From: a bacterium
GTDB taxonomy: Bacteria; Patescibacteriota; Microgenomatia; Levybacterales; UBA12049
Assembly: GCA_021777565.1 (NCBI GenBank)
Contig: JAJYDJ010000002.1
Location: 197,082 to 261,081, forward strand
DNA: 64,000 nucleotides
Direction of reading: 5' to 3'
The notes beneath the pieces are model-generated. The model was not told the origin of the DNA. It searched no databases and saw only the letters and a program-made list of their open reading frames with translations. This document shows, in pieces, positions 38,099 through 47,300 of this stretch. Position numbers and translations under genes: made by a program. Every line of letters begins with the position of its first letter. Position 1 is the stretch's first letter.

Positions 38099-39124
38099 AT
38101 GACTAGCAGAAATATCCTGATTTTGACGACTTTAATCGGTGGCGGTACATTCCTGTACTTTCAACGGTCATTCCTGGTCCCACTGATCCTGGCAGTGGTC
38201 TTTGCCTATATCTTTAGCCCCTTTGTCAGGCTTCTCAATCAAAAGCTCCATATTCCAAGACTTGTTGGCGTGATCAGCGTATACACGCTCTTGATTAGTC
38301 TTGTACTTTTGGTCGGGACACTTCTCTCTCACAGGGTAAATATCGAATCTTTGGAAATTAATACTGTTGCCAATAATGCATTGCATCAAGCACGAGTAGA
38401 AGCAAGTCTTCTCCCTGAGTGGATTCAGCCGGCAGTTATTAACGGTATCAACACGATACGCAGATCACGTATATTTACTTTCTTTACAGGTGCGACTATG
38501 TCATCACCATCGATTGATCAGGCAATCTCACAACTCACCATGTTTTTTGTATTTGTCTTTGGAAGTTTTTATTTTCTTAAAGATGGTGAGCTACTGGTTG
38601 CGCGATTTGTCTCCTTGTTCAACGAATCAAAAAGGAGTGATCTGGAGGATGTCTTTAAACAAATGAATGCAGTGCTCGGAGGTTACCTGAGAGGACAGTT
38701 ATTTCTTATCTTTTTTGTTGCACTCATGTTGTATGTGGCATTGAGTATTGTTGGAATAAAATTTGCACTCACTCTGGCCATTTTCTCAGGTTTTGCTGAA
38801 ATTGTCCCAGTCATTGGCCCTATTCTCGCAGGAACAATAGCGGTCTTGGTAGTATATATCACCAATGGGGCTGCCCACGTGTCACTCCCAGTACTTGATG
38901 TATCACTTATTGTGATTGCAATTTATTTTGTTATTCGTCAATTTGAAGATTATTTTGTTATGCCTTTTGTCATGGGAAGAATTACGAAATTACCAGCATT
39001 TGTTGTCTTTCTTGCCGTCGTTGTCGGGGGACATATCGCAGGAGTACTGGGTATGGTTCTTGCAGTACCATTTGTCGCTATGCTTCGAGTCGCTCTCCCC
39101 TTTGTGAAGAAACATTATTTGTAA
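38099..39124 (+). CDS. AI-2E family transporter (PerM/YdiK-like, UPF0118)
   Basis: 8 TM helices; GPILAGTIAVLVVY and C-terminal VPFVAMLRV motifs. Confidence 0.75.
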   Translation: MTSRNILILTTLIGGGTFLYFQRSFLVPLILAVVFAYIFSPFVRLLNQKLHIPRLVGVISVYTLLISLVLLVGTLLSHRVNIESLEINTVANNALHQARVEASLLPEWIQPAVINGINTIRRSRIFTFFTGATMSSPSIDQAISQLTMFFVFVFGSFYFLKDGELLVARFVSLFNESKRSDLEDVFKQMNAVLGGYLRGQLFLIFFVALMLYVALSIVGIKFALTLAIFSGFAEIVPVIGPILAGTIAVLVVYITNGAAHVSLPVLDVSLIVIAIYFVIRQFEDYFVMPFVMGRITKLPAFVVFLAVVVGGHIAGVLGMVLAVPFVAMLRVALPFVKKHYL

Positions 39125-39125
39125 T

Positions 39126-39454
39126 GTCCTAGGAAGTGAGTAAGCCAGATTCTGTTATTACATCGCAATCTATCTCACGCCTTCTAACCTTGACGCTCCT
39201 GGAAAATATATCATCGCGCCAATCGGAAGTTGCAGCAGGTGGGATTGCCCGTTTCACTCTCGCTCGTCTCTGTTGCTCTCAGACTGTGTTGATTCACATT
39301 CTGTTTATTTCTCCACATGCGAGTAAAGAGAAATAACACCAGCGCTTCTCCCTTACGGGATTATACGTCAGAGCTTACGCCCCATTCCCGATTTTCCTCC
39401 TGTCTGGACTTTCCTCTCCAATTGCTTGGAGTAGCGATCCTGCTTCCTAGGACA
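39126..39454 (-). ncRNA. rnpB: RNase P RNA (bacterial, compact ~330 nt)
   Basis: Minus strand: 5' GUCCUAGGAAG...GAGAGGAAAGUCCAGAC (P4 5' strand)...GCAACAGAGA...ACAGAAUCUGGCUUACUCACUUCCUAGGAC 3' (P4 3' strand and P1); 11-bp terminal helix joins the ends; own promoter just upstream. Confidence 0.88.
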
Positions 39455-39459
39455 CTCGT

Positions 39460-39488
39460 ATTATAGCTTGGATTGAAAGGAGAAGCAA
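39460..39488 (-). promoter_or_regulatory. rnpB promoter (minus strand): -35 TTGCTT, 17-nt spacer, -10 TATAAT, TSS ~6 nt later at the P1 start
   Basis: minus strand reads TTGCTTctcctttcaatccaagcTATAATacgagTGTCCTAGG. Confidence 0.6.
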
Positions 39489-39490
39489 AA

Positions 39491-42451
39491 CTAGCCCATG
39501 AGATCACGGTATCTGCAGGCGAGGCAGTCTTTTTCACTGCAACGGCTCTCCCAGAAGCTAAGATCTTTGGTCTGTTGGATACAGTCGGTGATGAGTGCTT
39601 GAAGCGCCTGAATATCTTCATCAGTAATGGTAAATGTCTCTGATTTATATGATCCATTCTCAAGTGGGCGGACAAAATCAAGAGATGTCTCACGTGTCGC
39701 AAAACGCTTACTATTCCAATTCTCAACAAGCAGGGCATAGAAGGTTAACTGTCTTTTATACATCCCTTCTTCGCCGTCTTTCTCAAGTGAAGTGCGACTT
39801 TTGGGTCTACCTGTTTTGTAATCATGGATAACCCATCCAAGGTCGGTCTTTTCTAGAAGATCAAGTCTTCCTTTAAGATAGACATCATGACTTACACGCA
39901 CTTTATCAATGGATACTTCTGTCATAAGAGTGTCACTCCAGGAGGACACGATTTGTGAAAGAAAACCTGGGAGATCATGCCCTGCCTGTGTCATACATCG
40001 GGTCTTCATGTCAGAGGAGATATCTTCTTTTGTTAACATCTCATTCAAAGATTGAAGGAGCTCTTCTGTTGTTAGTGATTTTCTCTTCATAAGATACATC
40101 TTAATAAGTGAGTGAATGGCACTCCCATATATCATTGATTCATTTTTCTCTTGTGGTATCTCAATAAGATTTTCAAAAACAAAACGCCAAGGACAGGTGA
40201 GAAAATTATTTAAGGCAGTTGCAGAAATTCCTTTCTGTTGTAAAAGTGCCCAAATATATTTTTGATATAACTCATTTTGGTCGTTCTCTTGAACAATTTT
40301 TTCATGTGTTATGAGTGGTTGGTTGAGTACCTGTTGCTCAAATGCTGCTGTGTCGATTTCCTGAACATCAGATTGCAGTTCAGTGATGAATGATGAAGGG
40401 AGAACATGCTGCCCTGTGGTATCAGTATCTGCATACGTTACTACGACTTCTTTTCTCGCACGAGTAAGTGCAACATAAAAGAGCCTTCTCTCGTCATCTA
40501 CATCACTTGGTTGTGTGCTTAGCCTCGTTAGTGTGTGCCCCCATGGAATTTTAAATTGAGTCGCATGAGTACGATCATTGCCGAATCCCTTCTCAGTTCC
40601 ATGAACAATATAGACAATATCAAACTCTTTTCCCTTCGCTTTGTGCGCCGTCATCAATTGAACACCTTGGCGTAGTTGTTCTGGAATGTTTATAGACAGA
40701 GGGACATGATGGTCTTTCATGGAGGTAATATATCCAAGGAAATCCTCCAGTGTATACGACTCCTGTTTGGCTTGCAGTTCTTGTAGTTTGGCATAGAGTC
40801 GTTGCATTCTCTCAAGATGAAGAATTGAGTCGGGGAGAGTCAGGGCATAAGCAAGTAGTCCCGAAGAGTGAAGCATAGTTACGAAAAGATTGTCTACAGA
40901 TTCCTGGCTGTGACTCAACCACATCTCAAGTTTCATGAGAAATTCTGCTACTGCGTTGTTAAGAGTATGCTCAGACTGTTTGTCTTTCAATAGTTGGATA
41001 AGTGGTATGCGTTTTTCACGTGCTTGTTGGACATACTCATAGAGTGTAAGTGGGGGAATATGAAAGAATGGAAAGTGAAGACAGGCAAAAAGAAAAGTAT
41101 CTTCATGAGGATTTGCGACAAGTTGCAGAAGGGTTATTAGAAAATGGACTGCGACATCATCAAAAATGTTTTCATCTGTATGTGAGAAGAAAGTAATATG
41201 AGCGCTCTGGAGGCTCTCGATCAAGGGATATGCATCTTTATTGTTTCTTATCAAAATTGCTATTTCTTCAGGTGCAGTCCCATGTGAAATCTTATCTTGG
41301 ATGTCTTTTATAATAAATGCGTGTTCTGCATTCAGAGTCGTAAAATGTGCGAGCTGTATGGGACGAGATGGATAGTCCGAATTATGTTTGAGTGGCTCTT
41401 GAGAAAGAAGTGCGGAGCTTTGTGTGATAATTTTGTGCGATGCAGACAAAATGTCTGGCGTTGATCGATAATTTTGATCAAGCGAAATAAACACTGCCGA
41501 CGGATATTTTGTCTTAAAATAAAGAAAATTCTCAAGAGATGCACCCTGAAAACGATAAATTGCCTGCTTATCATCTCCTACAACAAAAAGATTTGGCGCA
41601 TCAAAATAATTGCATAAAAATTCAACAATTTTGTTCTGTGCAGTATTTGTATCTTGATGTTCATCTACCAAAATGTATTGATACTTTTCTTGCAGAGACA
41701 AGAGAAAGTCTGGATGATTGGCAAACGTGTCGAGGGTGATTAATAGCATGTCATTAAAGTCATACAGATGTTTCTCTCGAAGTATCTCTTGATAGTCTTT
41801 ATAGACGAGTAAGAGTTCTTTATTTTTTGCTATCGCTTTTTCTTCGTCTTTATACATTCCCTTCATCTTGCCTTTAAATCTTCCTGAGTCATATATTTTA
41901 TCCGGGGTGTCTAAAAAGGCTTGATCTTGTTGTTGTATCCCTTTCTGTAACATCTCAGGTGTAACTCCTTCTTTCTTGAGCTCATTAATAGCAGAAAGGA
42001 GTGGGCGAACATAATATGCTGGGTCACCAATTGGTTTAAGAATGTCAAAATCATGACTCGTTAGGATTGATTCTATCATTTGGATCTGGTCAAGTTCGGT
42101 TGCCGCGCTACTAGAAACAAATGATGGAAATTCTTCTGGATAGCTTTGGATAAGCATGTTTGCAAGCCCATGGAACGTGTAAATAGACACTCGGTATGCC
42201 GGCGTTCCAATAAGAGAAGCAAGTCTCTCTCTCATCTCAAAGGCTGCATTTTCAGTGAAGGTAAGTGCGAGAATATTCTCAGGGTTTATTTGTGTTTTTA
42301 AAAGGATATTCGCGATGCGTAGGGTAAGCACCTGGGTTTTTCCAGTCCCTGGGCCCGCAGCGACCAGTACAGGCCCTTCAATGGTGTCAACCGCAATTTT
42401 TTGATTTGCATTAAGTTTGTTGTATGCAGTCTCAAATTGAGAGTTCGTCAT
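39491..42451 (-). CDS. UvrD/PcrA-family helicase fused to C-terminal PD-(D/E)xK (RecB/Cas4-like) nuclease with Cys cluster
   Basis: N-terminal AAGPGTGKT Walker A; C-terminal VIHDYKTG nuclease motif and CSEKDCLACRYRD cysteines; 986 aa. Confidence 0.8.
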   Translation of the reverse strand: MTNSQFETAYNKLNANQKIAVDTIEGPVLVAAGPGTGKTQVLTLRIANILLKTQINPENILALTFTENAAFEMRERLASLIGTPAYRVSIYTFHGLANMLIQSYPEEFPSFVSSSAATELDQIQMIESILTSHDFDILKPIGDPAYYVRPLLSAINELKKEGVTPEMLQKGIQQQDQAFLDTPDKIYDSGRFKGKMKGMYKDEEKAIAKNKELLLVYKDYQEILREKHLYDFNDMLLITLDTFANHPDFLLSLQEKYQYILVDEHQDTNTAQNKIVEFLCNYFDAPNLFVVGDDKQAIYRFQGASLENFLYFKTKYPSAVFISLDQNYRSTPDILSASHKIITQSSALLSQEPLKHNSDYPSRPIQLAHFTTLNAEHAFIIKDIQDKISHGTAPEEIAILIRNNKDAYPLIESLQSAHITFFSHTDENIFDDVAVHFLITLLQLVANPHEDTFLFACLHFPFFHIPPLTLYEYVQQAREKRIPLIQLLKDKQSEHTLNNAVAEFLMKLEMWLSHSQESVDNLFVTMLHSSGLLAYALTLPDSILHLERMQRLYAKLQELQAKQESYTLEDFLGYITSMKDHHVPLSINIPEQLRQGVQLMTAHKAKGKEFDIVYIVHGTEKGFGNDRTHATQFKIPWGHTLTRLSTQPSDVDDERRLFYVALTRARKEVVVTYADTDTTGQHVLPSSFITELQSDVQEIDTAAFEQQVLNQPLITHEKIVQENDQNELYQKYIWALLQQKGISATALNNFLTCPWRFVFENLIEIPQEKNESMIYGSAIHSLIKMYLMKRKSLTTEELLQSLNEMLTKEDISSDMKTRCMTQAGHDLPGFLSQIVSSWSDTLMTEVSIDKVRVSHDVYLKGRLDLLEKTDLGWVIHDYKTGRPKSRTSLEKDGEEGMYKRQLTFYALLVENWNSKRFATRETSLDFVRPLENGSYKSETFTITDEDIQALQALITDCIQQTKDLSFWESRCSEKDCLACRYRDLMG

Positions 42452-42470
42452 GAGGATATTCTAACACACT

Positions 42471-44309
42471 TTATTGGTAGCCTTTAGCTTGAAGAGTAAA
42501 AAGTTCTGCGTACTTGCTTTCCTTTTTCATCAATTGCTCATGATTGCCAGATTCAATGATTTTGCCTTTATCTAAAACATAGATAATGTCCGCATGCCGT
42601 ACCGTTGAGAACCGATGGGAAATAATCAGTACAGTTTTATTCTTGGAAAGTCTTTGAACTTTATCAAAAATTTCTGCTTCTGCCTTGGCATCAATTGCTG
42701 CCGTTGGCTCATCCAGGATAAGCACATCTGCATTGCGATAGAACGATTTCGCTAAGGCAACCTTTTGCCATTGTCCTCCGGAAAGTTCAATACCTCCTTC
42801 AAATGTTTTCCCGAGCATTTGATCAAATTTGTCCGGCAATTCAGTGATCATACTACTCGCTCCGGAGTCGCGAGCAGCATGAGTAATTTCTGCATCTCTG
42901 TATTCACGATTGATATCACCATAATGAATGTTTTCTTTTATCGTTGCATGATAGGTGCCATAATCCTGAAAAAGAATTCCGAGTTTTTCTCGCCAATCGT
43001 TTAGTTTGATCTCGTTGAGTGGGTGATTATCAATCGTAATCGTCCCAGATGATGGCTCGTACAATCGTGCCAATAATTTAATCACTGTTGATTTTCCAGC
43101 TCCATTCTCACCAACAAAAGCAACTTTCTGCCCTGATTCAATTGTTAATGAAAAGTCATTGAGTATATTCTTTTTCGAATCAGGGTATGCAAAGGTTACA
43201 TGCTCAAATTTGATCTCAGGTGCCTTCCCTTTATTGTTAAGTGGAATTGCTGTTGGGCTATCAATAATGGCTGGTTTTGTATCAATAACGAGGAAGACAT
43301 CCCGAATATATTGACTTTGTTCATAAATAGAAGCAAAACTACTAAACAAGCTGCTTAAACTACCCTGGAAGTTACTTACTGAAAGTGTATAAAGCTGCAA
43401 ATCTCCTAGTGTGTAGTTACGATAAATTACTTGAAAGACAACATACGCATCAATGCCCCAGGAGGTAAATGTTGACGCAAAACGAGATAGGATGATATAC
43501 ACAATATTTTCTTTTGCCAGTTTCTTGTTGTCTTCATAAAATTCTTTGCGGAATGTTTGTAATTGCATGAGGAATTTCTCTCGGAGGTTATATAGTTTTA
43601 TTTCTTTAATTTGTCGATAATCAATCAGCAGGTCTGTCAAATACCCTATCCTTTTTCGGATCGGCGCACGCCAACTCCATACATTATAAAATTGTTGTGA
43701 TTGTTTTGTCTGTCGAATAAATTCGGGGATCGCTACAAGCAGAAGAATGACAACAATCCAGACATTTGCACGTGCCAAAAATCCTAAGTAAATTGCTCCT
43801 CCAAAAATTGACTGTAGGACCATACCAATATTATCAATAAGTTGCTGAGGACGACCATATATACTGTTGGATGCTTTATGCATAATACTTTTAAATTCAC
43901 TATTTTCTAGGGTTTGTTGATCAAGTTGACTAACACTTTGCGTATAAATCTGCTGAATAATGTCAGGAGTTTTAATCCACATAAGTGTTCGGACAAAGCT
44001 TTGTAAGCTAAATGTCAATCCAGTAATTACTGGAATTACAAGCAGAACGCCAAGATAAAAATAAAGAGTTGGAAAAATTGGTGTGTGATGACTATATACG
44101 GCCACAATAAAATTAGTTAATTGCCGAATAATATAGAGATTTACACCGCCAAGGGCAGTTGGAATAAGTATGGTTAAAAGTGAAATGGTAAAAAGAAATT
44201 TGTTGTATTTCCAGACAAGCCGAATAAGTCGCCAACTTGTAGTGAAGGAGTCACGAATGGAAATTTTTTCTTTCTTCTTCTCTGCGTCGTCTTTGTGTTT
44301 CTTATTCAT
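42471..44309 (-). CDS. ABC exporter, fused permease/ATPase (MsbA/MdlB-like)
   Basis: 6 TM + NBD; GENGAGKST, LSGGQWQKVALA, ILDEPTAAID. Confidence 0.85.
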   Translation of the reverse strand: MNKKHKDDAEKKKEKISIRDSFTTSWRLIRLVWKYNKFLFTISLLTILIPTALGGVNLYIIRQLTNFIVAVYSHHTPIFPTLYFYLGVLLVIPVITGLTFSLQSFVRTLMWIKTPDIIQQIYTQSVSQLDQQTLENSEFKSIMHKASNSIYGRPQQLIDNIGMVLQSIFGGAIYLGFLARANVWIVVILLLVAIPEFIRQTKQSQQFYNVWSWRAPIRKRIGYLTDLLIDYRQIKEIKLYNLREKFLMQLQTFRKEFYEDNKKLAKENIVYIILSRFASTFTSWGIDAYVVFQVIYRNYTLGDLQLYTLSVSNFQGSLSSLFSSFASIYEQSQYIRDVFLVIDTKPAIIDSPTAIPLNNKGKAPEIKFEHVTFAYPDSKKNILNDFSLTIESGQKVAFVGENGAGKSTVIKLLARLYEPSSGTITIDNHPLNEIKLNDWREKLGILFQDYGTYHATIKENIHYGDINREYRDAEITHAARDSGASSMITELPDKFDQMLGKTFEGGIELSGGQWQKVALAKSFYRNADVLILDEPTAAIDAKAEAEIFDKVQRLSKNKTVLIISHRFSTVRHADIIYVLDKGKIIESGNHEQLMKKESKYAELFTLQAKGYQ

Positions 44310-45276
44310 CCCTGGAAGGAAGCTCTCTCGTACTTGATAACTTCTGTCCCATGAGGGTAACAGTTTTTTGAGTTTGCGTCAACTGATTTGCCGCGTTGTT
44401 TAAGTGTTTATTAACAATGCCAAGTGATTCATCGACTTTTTCATAGTCGACCTTGAGACCATGAATTAATTTAAATACTTCTTTCGCTTGTGATTCTATT
44501 TTTCTTCCTTCAAAAGAGAGCAAGATTGTCTGGAGGTGGGCATACAAGGTGCTAGGCGAAACAATATATACTCGTTTTCTTCTTGCGTATTCAAGAAGTT
44601 CTGGGATATTTACGATTTCATAAAATACCCCTTCACTTGGGACATACATAAGAGCAAAATTCATAGTTCCTTCATCTGGCAAAATATATTTTTCAGCAAT
44701 AGCATCAATATGTCGTTTTACATCTCTTATGAATTCTCTCAGTGCTACCTCCTTCTCCTCTTTTGTTTTACTATTCACTAGCTTTTGAAAATTTTCCAGT
44801 GGAAATTTTGCATCGATGGGGAGAATGCCGGCATCAGTTTTAATCGCTGCATCTACTTTCTGCCCAGATTTAAAAGCATATTGCAAAGAAAATGTATTTT
44901 TAGGAAACGTTTGTGAGATAAGATCGTTAAGTACTTGTTCACCAACATTACCACGAAGCTTTGGGCTTTTTAAAAGAGTATTGAGTTCTTCCATATTGCG
45001 TCCAATTTCTGTCATTTTACCAATCTCAAGATTAACATCTCGTATCACAGAAGCTGCCTTATCAAGTCGCTCATTGAGTTGTTTGGTGTTCTCCTGGAGG
45101 ACTTGTGTCATATGTGAGGAATTAGACTGCAGAGAAATTTGCATGGATTTAAGCCATTCAAGAAGTGTGGTATCAGTCGCTTTTTGTGTGAGCTGATTGA
45201 GCTTGTTTAACACTACAAAAAGAAGGATACCGATTCCAATGGCAAGCACACAGAGGATGATCACGAGCAGATCCAT
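44302..45276 (-). CDS. rmuC: DNA recombination protein RmuC
   Basis: N-terminal TM, long coiled coil, RmuC C-terminal domain. Confidence 0.75.
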   Translation of the reverse strand: MDLLVIILCVLAIGIGILLFVVLNKLNQLTQKATDTTLLEWLKSMQISLQSNSSHMTQVLQENTKQLNERLDKAASVIRDVNLEIGKMTEIGRNMEELNTLLKSPKLRGNVGEQVLNDLISQTFPKNTFSLQYAFKSGQKVDAAIKTDAGILPIDAKFPLENFQKLVNSKTKEEKEVALREFIRDVKRHIDAIAEKYILPDEGTMNFALMYVPSEGVFYEIVNIPELLEYARRKRVYIVSPSTLYAHLQTILLSFEGRKIESQAKEVFKLIHGLKVDYEKVDESLGIVNKHLNNAANQLTQTQKTVTLMGQKLSSTRELPSRDE

Positions 45277-45315
45277 GTACTCACTAGTGTATCACAACGG
45301 GTTAGTGATCGCAGG

Positions 45316-45708
45316 TTATTTCCCACCCATGAATTGTAGACAATTGCCTTCTGGATCAAGGAACGTGGAAACATATCTTGGGTTTTCCTCTGTATATCCT
45401 GGCATAAGCTCAGGTTCACAGACAATGGTAACCTCAGGATGGGATTTTACTTTTTCATACCAACCAGATACAGAGTTGACGTATAAATTTATGATATGTC
45501 TATATGGATCGGGATTTTTTGCAGCAACTTTGTCATGCTTCCCAATCCATATTGTTGATCCGTCTCCTACTGCGACATCATAACCATAGTCGTTAGGAAT
45601 ATTGAGCTGTCTTGAGATGCTCAGGCCCAGTGTGTCGGTGTAAAACTTCACAAGGACATCAGGAGTGAGAGAAAAAACAAGATATTTGTATCTCTGAATT
45701 GGATCCAT
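45316..45708 (-). CDS. VOC/glyoxalase-family protein
   Basis: C-terminal FLDPEGNCLQF typical of the glyoxalase/bleomycin-resistance fold; start moved to MDPIQRY (track 45813 overlaps tsaD). Confidence 0.6.
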   Translation of the reverse strand: MDPIQRYKYLVFSLTPDVLVKFYTDTLGLSISRQLNIPNDYGYDVAVGDGSTIWIGKHDKVAAKNPDPYRHIINLYVNSVSGWYEKVKSHPEVTIVCEPELMPGYTEENPRYVSTFLDPEGNCLQFMGGK

Positions 45709-45714
45709 GGAGTA

Positions 45715-45720
45715 ATTATA
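45715..45720 (-). promoter_or_regulatory. -10 TATAAT (minus strand, TGtg upstream) 6 nt before VOC ATG 45708
   Basis: minus strand reads TGTGTATAATtactccATG. Confidence 0.45.
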
Positions 45721-45733
45721 CACAAAAAATCTG

Positions 45734-46750
45734 TTAGTCAAAATATAATTCTGGATTTGCTCGCAACTCTTCCCAGGGTAGTGGGGTATTATGCATGATT
45801 GCTGCTGCACCAATCATGGCGGCATTATCAGTTGAGAATTTTCTTTCGGGCGAGAAGAATGCCAAATTATGTTCAGTCGCAACGGCACGAAATCTTTCAG
45901 TAAGAGTCTGGTTGGCGGTAACACCACCACCAAGAAGGATGGTTTTCACATTTAGATCTTCGGCTGCCTTAAAAGTGGTCTGGATCAGCATGTCAAAGAT
46001 GGCTTCCTGCAGTGCATAACAGAGATCATAGGTCATTGGTTCTGTCAGGTCTCCCTGGCTTTGTAATTTCTGCACTTCGTTGCGCACGGCGGTCTTAAGC
46101 CCTGAAAAAGAAAAATCGTATGGGGTATCAAGTCTTGCACGGGGGAAGGTGAATACGCCTTTGTGCCCTGATTTTGCATATTTCTCTATGGTTGGTCCCG
46201 CAGGATAAGAAAGACCCAGCAGTCTTCCCGACTTATCAAACGCCTCTCCTGCAGCATCATCACGTGTGCCTCCTATCCACCTGAGTGAGGTTTCATTCTC
46301 CATGAAAACGAGATCAGTATGTCCTCCAGAGACAATAAGAGCAAGTGCAGGAAAATCGCTCTCTTGTGGGGCAATTTCTGAAAGCCAGTTGGCATAAATG
46401 TGCCCATAGAGATGATTGACGGGAATGATTGGCTTATTCCAAACCCAGGCAAGTGTTTTTGCAGCCTCAACGCCTACGAGAAGCGAGCCAATGAGCCCAG
46501 GGCCATAGGTAACACCAATTGCATCGATGGAGTCTATTGGGGTATCTTGCAAAGCCTCTTTAATAACTGGCACCATAAATTTTGCTTGTTCACGAGCAGC
46601 CACCTCAGGGATTATGCCACCTGTTTGACTATGAAGGGCAAGAGAAGTTGCAATGACATTGGTTACGCAGTGCATACGGCCATTCTCGCCGCGTTCAATG
46701 ATGGCAGCACTTGTCTCGTCGCAGGATGTTTCAATAGCCAGGATACGCAT
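45734..46750 (-). CDS. tsaD: tRNA N6-adenosine threonylcarbamoyltransferase TsaD
   Basis: MRILAIETSCDETSAAI; Kae1/YgjD family. Confidence 0.92.
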   Translation of the reverse strand: MRILAIETSCDETSAAIIERGENGRMHCVTNVIATSLALHSQTGGIIPEVAAREQAKFMVPVIKEALQDTPIDSIDAIGVTYGPGLIGSLLVGVEAAKTLAWVWNKPIIPVNHLYGHIYANWLSEIAPQESDFPALALIVSGGHTDLVFMENETSLRWIGGTRDDAAGEAFDKSGRLLGLSYPAGPTIEKYAKSGHKGVFTFPRARLDTPYDFSFSGLKTAVRNEVQKLQSQGDLTEPMTYDLCYALQEAIFDMLIQTTFKAAEDLNVKTILLGGGVTANQTLTERFRAVATEHNLAFFSPERKFSTDNAAMIGAAAIMHNTPLPWEELRANPELYFD

Positions 46751-46759
46751 AAAGTGGAA

Positions 46760-47296
46760 TTAGTGGATGTTGAAGGTGGCAACATCACCAAGTTTGAATT
46801 GATATTTCTTACTCAAGCCACCACTGATTTCAAGGACGATATTTGATGGCGCGGCTGGCTTGAAAATTTGAGGATTAATTGACTGATTTACTGGTGGTTG
46901 TGCATTCTGGACCATAGTCACAATCTTGTTATTCTGGAAATAGATGATATCGAGTGCAAATCTCATTTGTTTCATCCAGAATCCGTAATAGTCTGGTGTA
47001 TCAAAAAGGAATACCATACCACGGTCCTGTGCTATGCTATCACGATTACCCAGACCTTGTACTTTCTGTTGCTCGCTTCGTGCAACTTCTACGGTAAAGA
47101 CATGTCCATCAATGGTAACAGTAGAAGGGACAGGGGTTGGACTTGCCACAGGAGCAGTTGTTGGGTTAGTTTGTGCACCTTTTTGAAGCTTCGGACTATT
47201 TTGGATGAGCAAAAATACGCCTACGCCAATCGCGATGAGTATTCCTAAAATAAGCCATCGAGAACTTTGCAGTTGCATAGGTATAGTATAGCACAA
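46760..47296 (-). CDS. DUF192 (COG1430) domain protein, secreted or anchored
   Basis: N-terminal TM; RGMVFLFDTPDYYGFWMKQMRFALDIIYF DUF192 core. Confidence 0.7.
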   Translation of the reverse strand: MCYTIPMQLQSSRWLILGILIAIGVGVFLLIQNSPKLQKGAQTNPTTAPVASPTPVPSTVTIDGHVFTVEVARSEQQKVQGLGNRDSIAQDRGMVFLFDTPDYYGFWMKQMRFALDIIYFQNNKIVTMVQNAQPPVNQSINPQIFKPAAPSNIVLEISGGLSKKYQFKLGDVATFNIH

Positions 47297-47300
47297 TGGA

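Noticed and set aside
39136-39738. ORF-track CDSs 39136..39336 (+) and 39361..39738 (-)
   Set aside because: Both lie within the RNase P RNA gene or the 3' end of the helicase. They are artefacts of a structured GC-richer RNA region.
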